Below, piece after piece: positions 9,150-17,599 of a stretch of DNA of 56,349 bases (position 1 is its first letter; each line of letters opens with the position of its first letter). Source of the stretch: a bacterium. GTDB taxonomy: Bacteria; Patescibacteriota; Minisyncoccia; CAIUEV01. The stretch is taken from NCBI GenBank assembly GCA_021779915.1, contig JAJXZR010000001.1, positions 1 to 56,349 on the forward strand. Direction: 5' to 3'. Position numbers and translations under genes: made by a program. The notes beneath the pieces are model-generated. The model did no database searches and was not told the DNA's origin. It saw nothing but the letters and a program-made list of their open reading frames with translations.

Positions 9150-9293
9150 GTGTCATCCCCGGCGTGTCGACCGGGGATCCAGGCGGATAGTATTAATCTA
9201 GTAGAATATTGTTTTGTTTAGTTTTCTAAGAATGCACATTGAACTAACATTCAATTAGTCTAACTGGATCCTGGGTCAAGCCCGGGATGACAC
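9150..9293. mobile_element. Family B REP-doublet / MITE-like element, copy 1
   Basis: GTGTCATCCCCGGCGTGTCGACCGGGGATCCAG ... CTGGATCCTGGGTCAAGCCCGGGATGACAC; five related copies in the window. Confidence 0.8.
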
Positions 9294-9334
9294 TGTCAAA
9301 TTAGTTTCTTGAAGTATCTATTACCCATTTATTT

Positions 9335-10942
9335 TTATTTTAGTGCATCTAGCAAACTGTTTCCTACCATATCATGAGGAACGGGGATATTCAATAAAGC
9401 AAGAATAGTAGGAGCGATATCCACCAACATTCCGTCCACCATGCTTTGATGGCGCATAATTTGGGTTTCTGTCCGCTCTTTTTGATTGTCCGGCGTCACA
9501 AAAAAACAAGGAACGGGATTGTCAGTGTGCTCTGTGGTAACTTCTCCGCTCTTGGGATCCATCATTACCTCAGCATTGCCATGATCCGAAGTGATAAGTA
9601 AACTACCTCCTCTCTCCAAAACGGATTTTGTTACATACCCTACACATTTATCAATTGATTCAACTGCTTTTACCGTTGCGCTAAAATTTCCGGTGTGTCC
9701 CAACATATCCGCGTTAGCGTAGTTGATGAGAATAAAATCGTATTTATTGAGGCTGATTGCATTTAGGACTTTTTCCGTTACCCCCGCTGCGCTCATTTCC
9801 GGGGTTTCTTCATAATTACTGACCTGTGGCGAAGGAACTAACATTCGGTCTTCTCCGGGAAAAGCCTCTTCACGACCACCATTAAAAAAATAAGTGACAT
9901 GGGCATACTTCTCTGTTTCGGCAATATGAAACTGTTTTTTTCCGGTATCAGAAATCACTTTGGCGATAGGGTTAACCACTTTTTGAGGTGGAAAAGCAAC
10001 ATCCGAATTAAGCCCGTCTTCGTAAGAAACTGTGGAAATAAAAAGGAGGTCGCGAATTTTTTTATCCCTTGGAAAACCATTAAAATCTTCTTCTATAAAG
10101 GATTTTGCGATCTGTCTGGCGCGATCTTCGCGAAAATTAAAGAATATGATAGCATCACCTTCGCGAACTGGACCAACGGGATCTCCTTTTTCATCAATTA
10201 TAGTTGTTGGCACTATGAACTCATCGGTAACGTTTTGATTATAAGAATCATGAATAACTTGCATGGGATCGGTCGCTTTATTTTCCCCGTTGCCAGTAAT
10301 TGAATTATAAGCTTTTTGAATTCGATCCCAATTTTGATTGCGATCCATACCGTAGTATCTTCCTCCAATGGAAGCTATTTTTCCAATCCCCGATTCGGTT
10401 AATTTTTCCTGAAGCATTTCAATAAAACCTTCTCCTGATTTTGGCAAAGTATCTCGACCATCGGTAAAAGCATGAATAAAAAGTTTTTTAATTCCGCTAC
10501 TGATCGCCATTTCAATTAATGCAAAAAGGTGGTCGGTGTGTCCATGTACCCCGCCATTAGATATAATGCCCATTAGATGGAGGGCACTTCCCTTTTTTTT
10601 GACGTATTCCATCGCTTCAAGGTATGCTGGATTGGTAAAAAAGGTACCATTCTGAATGGCTAAGTTGATGCGGGGCAAATTTTGATAAAGTATCATTCCT
10701 GAACCTATTGTCATATGTCCTACTTCTGAGTTGCCTGGTTCTCCCCAAGAAAGCCCTACAGATATTCCTGAGGCTTGGAGTGCAATACAAGGATAATTTC
10801 CTTTCAAATAGTTAATATAGGGAGTCTTGGCACTGGCTATAGCATTGCCTTCGATAGAAGAATTGATACCCCATCCATCAAGTATCATAAGGACAATTGG
10901 CCGGTATTCCTTGACGGTATTTATTGAGTTTTGAAAAGACAT
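9335..10942 (-). CDS. gpmI: 2,3-bisphosphoglycerate-independent phosphoglycerate mutase
   Basis: ILDGWG, GNSEVGH, GGVHGH, DGRD, GRYYGMDR, AETEKYAHVTYFFNGG, DMLGHTG, SDHGNAE. Confidence 0.97.
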   Translation of the reverse strand: MSFQNSINTVKEYRPIVLMILDGWGINSSIEGNAIASAKTPYINYLKGNYPCIALQASGISVGLSWGEPGNSEVGHMTIGSGMILYQNLPRINLAIQNGTFFTNPAYLEAMEYVKKKGSALHLMGIISNGGVHGHTDHLFALIEMAISSGIKKLFIHAFTDGRDTLPKSGEGFIEMLQEKLTESGIGKIASIGGRYYGMDRNQNWDRIQKAYNSITGNGENKATDPMQVIHDSYNQNVTDEFIVPTTIIDEKGDPVGPVREGDAIIFFNFREDRARQIAKSFIEEDFNGFPRDKKIRDLLFISTVSYEDGLNSDVAFPPQKVVNPIAKVISDTGKKQFHIAETEKYAHVTYFFNGGREEAFPGEDRMLVPSPQVSNYEETPEMSAAGVTEKVLNAISLNKYDFILINYANADMLGHTGNFSATVKAVESIDKCVGYVTKSVLERGGSLLITSDHGNAEVMMDPKSGEVTTEHTDNPVPCFFVTPDNQKERTETQIMRHQSMVDGMLVDIAPTILALLNIPVPHDMVGNSLLDALK

Positions 10943-10947
10943 GGGTA

Positions 10948-11042
10948 TTAGTTTAGAAAGTAAAAAGTTTAGAAAGTTTAGAAAGATATTTTTTAAAAAC
11001 CACTTTCTAAACTTTCATAACTTTCCAAACTTTCTAAACTTA
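10948..11042. repeat. Family A 9-mer inverted array
   Basis: ttagtttagaaagtaaaaagtttagaaagtttagaaag ... ctttctaaactttcataactttccaaactttctaaact. Confidence 0.85.
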
Positions 11043-11145
11043 TTAGTTCATTATCCTTTTCAATTATTTTTTCGACAACTTTTAAATCAGATGTTAAAAA
11101 ATGGTTGTAAGACAGATAGATTAAATAACAATTAATATAAACAAA

Positions 11146-11337
11146 ATGAAGGTCACCGTTGACAAAACAAAGTGTATTGGTTGTGGAGCTTGTGCCTCCA
11201 TTGAACCGGCTGTTTTTATGATCAATCCGGAAGACGGAAAATCACAGGCCGATCAAAATAATGTGGCTGGTCGAGAAGACGCTTGCAAAGAAGCAGCCAG
11301 TGTTTGTCCAGTCGGAGCAATTGTTATTGAAGAGTAA
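11146..11337 (+). CDS. Monocluster ferredoxin
   Basis: CIGCGAC..P and CPVGAI motifs in 63 aa. Confidence 0.93.
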   Translation: MKVTVDKTKCIGCGACASIEPAVFMINPEDGKSQADQNNVAGREDACKEAASVCPVGAIVIEE

Positions 11338-11377
11338 AAATTAATTTCAAATTATTTTTAATTTTTAAAAATACAAA

Positions 11378-12397
11378 ATGCCAATAAGAATTGCCATCAA
11401 TGGTATGGGGCGAATAGGGAGAGCTGCTTTTAAAATTGCCATGGAAAGACCGGACGCGACAATCGTTGCCGTCAATGATCTTACTGAACCTAAAGATTTA
11501 GTTTATCTTTTAAAACATGATTCTGCTTACGGATTGTGGGATAAAAAAATTGATGCAAAAGAGAATGAAATAAAGGTGGGGGAGAAGGTAATTCCGTTTT
11601 TCAAGGAACCCGATCCAGAAAAATTGCCATGGAAAAATCTTGATGTTGATGTTGTGCTTGAATGTACGGGAATTTTTAGAAATAAAGAAAAAGCCTCCAA
11701 ACATTTGACTGCTGGGGCAAAGCTGGTTATTTTGAGCGCTCCCCCTAAAGATGAAGATATCCGAATGTTTCTGATGGGATGCAACGAAAAAGAATTTAGA
11801 GCCGGACAGCACAAGATTATTTCCAATGCTTCCTGTACTACCAATTGTTTGGCTCCGGTAATCAAAGTGTTAAACGATGAATTCGGTGTTGAACAAGCTT
11901 TGATGACGACCGTCCACAGCTATACAGCGAGCCAAGCTTTGGTTGACGGGCCAGCTAAAGAAACTCGAGAAATGAGAGCAGCCGCCCTCAACATTATCCC
12001 CTCAACAACTGGGGCGGCAATCGCGGTAACAAAGGTTTTACCGGAGCTGAAAGGACGTTTTAATGGAATGGCAGTAAGAGTTCCCTCACCGGTAGTTTCT
12101 GCTTCTGATCTTGTGGTAAAACTGAGACAGACCGTAAGTGCTGAAAAAGTAAACAACGCTTTTATTGCGGCTTCTAATGGAGCGATGAAAGGAATTATTG
12201 AAACTAATTCTGAAGAATTGGTATCAACTGATTTTAAAAAGAATCCCCATTCTTCCATAATTGACTTAGATCTTACAATGACAGTAGGTGGCGACTTAGT
12301 AAAAGTATTCGCTTGGTACGATAATGAATGGGGATACAGCGAAAGATTGGTCGATTTAACTTTATATACAGGATCAAAGATTAAAAAGGAGGAGTAA
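11378..12397 (+). CDS. gap: Type I glyceraldehyde-3-phosphate dehydrogenase
   Basis: INGMGRIGR, SNASCTTNCLAP, PSTTGAA, WYDNEWGYS. Confidence 0.98.
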   Translation: MPIRIAINGMGRIGRAAFKIAMERPDATIVAVNDLTEPKDLVYLLKHDSAYGLWDKKIDAKENEIKVGEKVIPFFKEPDPEKLPWKNLDVDVVLECTGIFRNKEKASKHLTAGAKLVILSAPPKDEDIRMFLMGCNEKEFRAGQHKIISNASCTTNCLAPVIKVLNDEFGVEQALMTTVHSYTASQALVDGPAKETREMRAAALNIIPSTTGAAIAVTKVLPELKGRFNGMAVRVPSPVVSASDLVVKLRQTVSAEKVNNAFIAASNGAMKGIIETNSEELVSTDFKKNPHSSIIDLDLTMTVGGDLVKVFAWYDNEWGYSERLVDLTLYTGSKIKKEE

Positions 12398-12411
12398 GGA
12401 TATTAACTTTT

Positions 12412-13488
12412 ATGCTTAGACTAAAAAAATTTTGGCACGCTTGGCAAAGCCGTTGGCGTTTCGATATTGGAATTGACCTAGGAACGGCCAATACTTTGGT
12501 TTATGTCAAGGGAAAAGGCGTCATAATTAATGAACCCTCAGTTGTTGCGGTCAATAAAAAGACCGGCAAGATTTTGGCAATTGGTACGGAAGCTAAAAAA
12601 ATGGTAGGAAAAACCCCGGCTCATATAGTTGCAACGAGACCTTTAGTCGAAGGAGTGATTTCCGATTTCGAAGTAACCGAGCAGATGCTGACTTATTTTA
12701 TTAACAAAGTGCGGGATGGTCGTTTTTCTTCTTTAATTAAACCAAGAGTCTTGGTGGGAATTCCTTCTGGTGTGACGGAAGTGGAAAAAAGAGCCGTTCA
12801 AGAGGCAACTCTTTCCGGAGGAGCGGGTGAAGCGTACTTAATTGACGAACCGATTGCGGCAGCCATTGGTGCCCGGCTTCCCATTCAAGAAGCAGGAGGA
12901 AATATGATTGTGGATATCGGAGGAGGAACTTCGGAAATTGCGGTAATTTCTCTTGGAGGAGCGGTGGTGGCAAAGAGTTTGCGAGTAGGAGGAGACAAAA
13001 TGAATGAGGATATCATCAACTATGTCAGGGAAAATTTCAGTTTGCTTCTGGGTGAAAAAACGGCTGAAGATGTAAAAGTAGCGATTGGATCGGCCTACCG
13101 CCTAGATCAACCGATAAAAATCGCTATTCGAGGAAGAGACCTGATAACTGGTCTTCCTAAAGAAATTGAAGTGAGCGACAGTGACATTCGCCAGGCTACT
13201 CAAAAATCGGTAAGAATTATCATAAACACCATAAAAACAGTTTTAGAAACCACGCCTCCTGAACTTTTGGGAGATATTATGCGAAGAGGAGTGATTCTGG
13301 CTGGCGGAGGAAGCTTGCTTCGCGGGCTTGATCGATTGATTGCCGAACAAACCGAGATGCCAGTAAAGGTGGTTGATGATCCTCTTACGGCAGTAGTAAG
13401 AGGAACCGGAATCGTCCTGGAAGACATCGACGAACTTCGCTCAGTTCTTATTGACACATATGTTGAAGATAATAAACCTAAGTGGTAA
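12412..13488 (+). CDS. mreB: Rod shape-determining protein MreB
   Basis: GIDLGTANT, EPSVVA, DIGGGTSE, LAGGGSLLRG. Confidence 0.97.
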   Translation: MLRLKKFWHAWQSRWRFDIGIDLGTANTLVYVKGKGVIINEPSVVAVNKKTGKILAIGTEAKKMVGKTPAHIVATRPLVEGVISDFEVTEQMLTYFINKVRDGRFSSLIKPRVLVGIPSGVTEVEKRAVQEATLSGGAGEAYLIDEPIAAAIGARLPIQEAGGNMIVDIGGGTSEIAVISLGGAVVAKSLRVGGDKMNEDIINYVRENFSLLLGEKTAEDVKVAIGSAYRLDQPIKIAIRGRDLITGLPKEIEVSDSDIRQATQKSVRIIINTIKTVLETTPPELLGDIMRRGVILAGGGSLLRGLDRLIAEQTEMPVKVVDDPLTAVVRGTGIVLEDIDELRSVLIDTYVEDNKPKW

Positions 13489-13490
13489 TA

Positions 13491-13573
13491 TAAGTTTGTA
13501 AAGTTTGTAAAGTTAAAAAGTTAAAAAATATTTACTTGATGAACTTTATAAACTTTATAACTTGATGAACTAA
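13491..13573. repeat. Family A 9-mer inverted array
   Basis: aagtttgtaaagtttgtaaagttaaaaagtt ... acttgatgaactttataaactttataacttgatgaactaa. Confidence 0.85.
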
Positions 13574-13578
13574 TACAA

Positions 13579-15897
13579 ATGTCTCAAAACAAAAAAATTG
13601 CCCTGCTAATTTCGGTTTTTTCCTTGGCTCCTGTGTTTGTAGTTGCCCAGGACAAACTCGTGAATTGTTCAGGGATGGACTGTTCTTTTTGCTCTTTAAT
13701 TGAAATTTTCAGTTTGACGAGTAAATGGATTTTTTCCATCTCAGCGACTGTCGCAGTTTTCCTCCTAGTAATAAGCGGGCTTTATTATATTTTTTCTATT
13801 GGAAACAACCGATACCTAAAAATTGCGAGACTAACTGCTGTATACTCGGCTTTGGGTTTTTCTTTCATTCTGGTGGCTTTTTTGGTAGTTAGTACAATAA
13901 TTTGGATGTTGGGAGGAAAGAAAGAAGGAAGTTTTCTTAGTTTTGAATGTACGGTAATGAATTATGCTGATGAAAAAGATGCTAGCCTTGCAACAGATAC
14001 TAGTCCTTGGTCGGAAATTCCTTACACACAAAACATAAATAAACTAATATCTGACAAATTAGGAGCTATCGTACTTGATAATAATACTAATCCACAAAAC
14101 TTAAGCCAGGATCTTTTAGATATGAATCCTGATAACACTTTAAAGGCTATTATTGCAAGCAGTAGCTTGACTGCGGATGATATTATGAATTATATAAAAT
14201 ATACTAATGGCTATACCGACAATCTGAAAAATATTGATCCAGCCAAAATTAATGAATATGTTGCTTCTTTGCAAAATAAGATTCAAGAAGTTGCTTCAAT
14301 CAGCCGAACAGATGCAGATGTTAGCATAGATGGAAAAAATAATTATTCTAATATTTCCGGTGACTATCCAGTTGAAGACGGAACTTTATCTTCGGCGATT
14401 AGTAAATTGATTAACAGCTTAAAGAGTAAAAAAGCTTCTGGCAGTACAGTGATTTATCCTGATGCCAAATCTTCTAATACCATGAATTTATGCATTGATT
14501 CAGGAGGGGATTGGACTCAGTTTCAAAACGAATGCAAGGCTTTAGGAGGCACTAATTGTTCAGATGTCTCCAATCCAACGATGGGTTGCCAGTGTCCAAG
14601 CGGGATGACTCTTTTTCATAACCAATGCATAAAAAATTCTGACTATAAATCAAGTAGCAGTGCAGATAAAGACGACGATGGAGATGGAATAACCAATAAT
14701 CTTGATAAATGCCCAGGAACACCTAAGGGAGAAATTCCTGATAAAGATCCCTCCAGTTCCCGTTTGGGTTGTTCCTGTTCTCAAATTGCCCTTCAAACCA
14801 GAACTTGTCCTGCCACTCGTTGTGAAGGAACGAATCTGGTAACTTATCCAGGTTCCGGAAAAGATCTTTGTTTTAATGGAATGGTGACTGAACATTCCTG
14901 TGACGCAGTAAAAACTGAAGTGGTAAGCCAATGCCAAACTATTAGCCAAATTACCAATCCCACCCAACAGGAAAACGTAGCCAAGCAGGATCCTGATCTT
15001 TATAATAAAATCAAAGATGCTTTGAATCGTAACAAAGGCTCTAATAATGGCTCTGGCGGAAGCGGAGGGGGTACAGGCGGAGGCGGTAACACAGGAGGTG
15101 GCGGTAATACGGGAGGCGGTAATACGGGAGGGGGTAATACCCAACCAGACGGAAATATTCCTCCTGACAAAGGACCAGGCAGTTTCAACCCTTCTCCCAG
15201 CTTCAAAGAAATGGCCGAATGTATCGGTTTCAAGGATGGAAAAATTCCCTATAATGGGGTTATAGTCCTCCTTTTGAACAAGGAAGATCCTACTAATGCT
15301 CTACACCCCAGTCGAAACGCTAGTAGACTTTTTTATTTGGACAGAAACGGACAGGTAGTTGGGATGAACGGAGATAAAGGAACAGAGCAGGGTGGTCTGC
15401 CAGCGGGTCCTTGGACGAAAGGAAGTGGAGGAACAGCTTGGTCGCCAGGTTTTACTTTTTTCAATGCGCAAACCGTTCATGTTAATGGCAGTCCCGACCC
15501 TTGTTCTTTTAAATCAGGTGCTGGAGTAAGTTGTGGTCCACAAGGGGAAGGAAAATTAAGTAACGGTCAGTTGGGAGGAGATAAATTTGAGGGAATGTCG
15601 GGATGCAATATGCATTCTGGAAACAACCGTTCTCATTCTAGAGGTTGTTTGACGATGGGGGGTAAAGAAAGGTGCGGTTTTACTAATGATATAAAATCAA
15701 TGGCCACCCAAAATCAAGGAAAAATCATGATGGCGACGCTGACGGCCGAAAATACTGATAAAAATGACCCACATGTTAAAAGCGATTATTGCGGAAAAAT
15801 GGATCCTTACAAAGCAATTGACAAATATAAAAATCAGAAAGATTCTAGTTTTGACCCATTTCAAGGGTATTCCGGCGGGGATTCCAGGGGGAAATAA
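13579..15897 (+). CDS. CPR pilin-domain (VirB2/TrbC-like) fusion protein with Cys-rich/TSP3-like region, Gly-rich linker and C-terminal YkuD-like domain
   Basis: Signal peptide, LVNCSGMDCSFC then two TMs with G-x-Y-x-x-S-x-G...A spacing; DDDGDGITNNLDKCPGTP; (GGNTG)n; SGCNMHSGNNRSHSRGCLTMG. Confidence 0.75.
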   Translation: MSQNKKIALLISVFSLAPVFVVAQDKLVNCSGMDCSFCSLIEIFSLTSKWIFSISATVAVFLLVISGLYYIFSIGNNRYLKIARLTAVYSALGFSFILVAFLVVSTIIWMLGGKKEGSFLSFECTVMNYADEKDASLATDTSPWSEIPYTQNINKLISDKLGAIVLDNNTNPQNLSQDLLDMNPDNTLKAIIASSSLTADDIMNYIKYTNGYTDNLKNIDPAKINEYVASLQNKIQEVASISRTDADVSIDGKNNYSNISGDYPVEDGTLSSAISKLINSLKSKKASGSTVIYPDAKSSNTMNLCIDSGGDWTQFQNECKALGGTNCSDVSNPTMGCQCPSGMTLFHNQCIKNSDYKSSSSADKDDDGDGITNNLDKCPGTPKGEIPDKDPSSSRLGCSCSQIALQTRTCPATRCEGTNLVTYPGSGKDLCFNGMVTEHSCDAVKTEVVSQCQTISQITNPTQQENVAKQDPDLYNKIKDALNRNKGSNNGSGGSGGGTGGGGNTGGGGNTGGGNTGGGNTQPDGNIPPDKGPGSFNPSPSFKEMAECIGFKDGKIPYNGVIVLLLNKEDPTNALHPSRNASRLFYLDRNGQVVGMNGDKGTEQGGLPAGPWTKGSGGTAWSPGFTFFNAQTVHVNGSPDPCSFKSGAGVSCGPQGEGKLSNGQLGGDKFEGMSGCNMHSGNNRSHSRGCLTMGGKERCGFTNDIKSMATQNQGKIMMATLTAENTDKNDPHVKSDYCGKMDPYKAIDKYKNQKDSSFDPFQGYSGGDSRGK
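15046..15141 (+). repeat. Coding tandem repeat encoding a Gly-rich (GGNTG)n linker
   Basis: ggcggtaacacaggaggtggcggtaatacgggaggcggtaatacgggagggggtaatacc. Confidence 0.85.
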
Positions 15898-15940
15898 GAA
15901 AACATAAATCTCTAAATAATATTTAAATTAAAATTCGGTT

Positions 15941-16414
15941 ATGAAGATCAAAGTTACTTGGGGAACCGGGACGGGAAACACTCTTTTGAGTTCTTTCGAC
16001 AGTGCTTTATTTGATGCGGGAATTGCTAATTATAATTTGATTCCCTTAAGTTCGGTCATTCCTCCCAAATCTAAAATCGAAGTGAAAAAAATAAATCTGC
16101 AAGAATCAAAAAAAGATTTTGGTAAAAGGCTTTATGTGGTTTTAAGTCGCAATTGTACCGCTAAAAAAGACGCCAGTATTTTTGCCGGAGTAGGCTGGGT
16201 CATGAATGAAAAAGAGCAAAAAGGCTTGTTTGTTGAACATCACGGGGAAAGTGAAAAAGAAGTTGAAACTTTGATAAAAAAATCCTTAACTGACATGACT
16301 GTTTACCGCAAGGATAGTTTTGGAGAAATCAATATGAAAATAACTGGCATAAAATGCACTGGAAAACCAGTTTCGGCACTAGTTTGTGCGGTTTATAAAG
16401 TCAGTAAATGGTAA
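15941..16414 (+). CDS. pdaD: Pyruvoyl-dependent arginine decarboxylase
   Basis: GTG...LSSFDSAL.DAGIANYNLIPLSSVIPP (Ser-Ser autocleavage site), G..LYVV, GLFVEH. Confidence 0.88.
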   Translation: MKIKVTWGTGTGNTLLSSFDSALFDAGIANYNLIPLSSVIPPKSKIEVKKINLQESKKDFGKRLYVVLSRNCTAKKDASIFAGVGWVMNEKEQKGLFVEHHGESEKEVETLIKKSLTDMTVYRKDSFGEINMKITGIKCTGKPVSALVCAVYKVSKW

Positions 16415-16421
16415 AAAAACA

Positions 16422-16642
16422 TGTCATCCCCGGCGTGTCGACCGGGGATCCAGGAGAATAGAAAATTGCACTAATTAGTCTAATTATACTAATTGACCTA
16501 AAAAAGCACCAAGCACTAAATAATAAAATAAAATCTTAGAAATTGGTTTTCGAGAGTTTGTTTAGAATAATTAAGTTAATTAGTACAATTAGAATAATTA
16601 GTGAGTTTAACTGGATCCCCGGTCGACACGCCGGGGATGACA
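16422..16642. mobile_element. Family B element, copy 2: perfect 32-bp terminal inverted repeats around a family F (CTAATTATA-type 9-mer) array
   Basis: 16422-16453 is the exact reverse complement of 16611-16642. Confidence 0.88.
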
Positions 16643-16661
16643 CATTTTTTAAACTAATTTA

Positions 16662-17558
16662 ATGCCTGAGCTTCCCGAAGTTGAAACTGTAGTTCGCAGT
16701 CTTAAGAAGAAAATTATTGGAAGGAAAATCAAGAAGATCTGGACTGATTGGCCGAGGGGCGTTAAGAATTCAACTGAAAAAGAATTGAATGAAAAGCTCA
16801 ATGGCAAGATATTCTCTAAAGTTCAAAGAAGAGGTAAAAATATTCTTATTGAAATCGGAGAAAAATATACACTTTGGATTCATCTCAAAATGACCGGACA
16901 TTTGATGGTTCGACCGGTTTCTTTTTTCGGTAAAAAGTTAGATGAATTCAAGGGAAAAGAACTGGAAAGTCCTTTTTCGGAAAAAGTGAATCAGTATATT
17001 CATTTTAGAATCATCTTGGATAAAAATGAAGAATTAGCTCTTTCAGACCTGCGAAAATTTGCCAAAATAACGTTTATCGAAGAGCCGATTACTCAAAAAT
17101 TAGTTAGCTCGATGTTTTTTGATCTCGGACCGGAACCCTTAGAAAAAGAATTTACTTTGGAAAAATTTTCTGAGATTCTTAAGAATAAGAAAAATCAGAA
17201 TAAAGAATTAAAAATATTCTTACTGGATCAATCAGTAATTTCCGGTATTGGAAATATTTATGCCAGTGAAATTCCTTTTGAGGCGGGGATTAGTCCAAAA
17301 AGAAGGATAAAAACTCTAAAGAAACAAGAAAAAGATAAACTTTACAATGCAATTTTAAAAATTCTAAAACTTGCGGTAAAAGAAAGAGGCACCAGCATTA
17401 GTGATTTTCGTAACCCAGATGGTAACAAAGGAAATTTTGGCAATCTAAGAAAAGTATACCAAAGAAAGAATCAAAAATGTTCCAATTGTGAAGGAACCAT
17501 CGAATCTTTCAAACAAGGCCAAAGAACCACTTTCTGGTGTCCGAAATGCCAGAAATAA
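16662..17558 (+). CDS. mutM: Formamidopyrimidine-DNA glycosylase (Fpg)
   Basis: MPELPEVET, RRGK, HLKMTG, GIGNIYASE, C-terminal CxxC...CPKCQ zinc finger. Confidence 0.97.
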   Translation: MPELPEVETVVRSLKKKIIGRKIKKIWTDWPRGVKNSTEKELNEKLNGKIFSKVQRRGKNILIEIGEKYTLWIHLKMTGHLMVRPVSFFGKKLDEFKGKELESPFSEKVNQYIHFRIILDKNEELALSDLRKFAKITFIEEPITQKLVSSMFFDLGPEPLEKEFTLEKFSEILKNKKNQNKELKIFLLDQSVISGIGNIYASEIPFEAGISPKRRIKTLKKQEKDKLYNAILKILKLAVKERGTSISDFRNPDGNKGNFGNLRKVYQRKNQKCSNCEGTIESFKQGQRTTFWCPKCQK

Positions 17559-17599
17559 GTTTTTGCTGTTCTTTAATTAATCAATTTAATTTGGCTTTC

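Noticed and set aside
10941-11135. 64-aa ORF (KFRKFRK...NFHNFPNF)
   Set aside because: It is the translation of a family A repeat
14650-15265. Alternative-frame ORFs over the Gly-rich linker (Pro-rich or AVIRE repeats)
   Set aside because: Shadow frames of a GC-rich coding repeat inside the 772-aa gene
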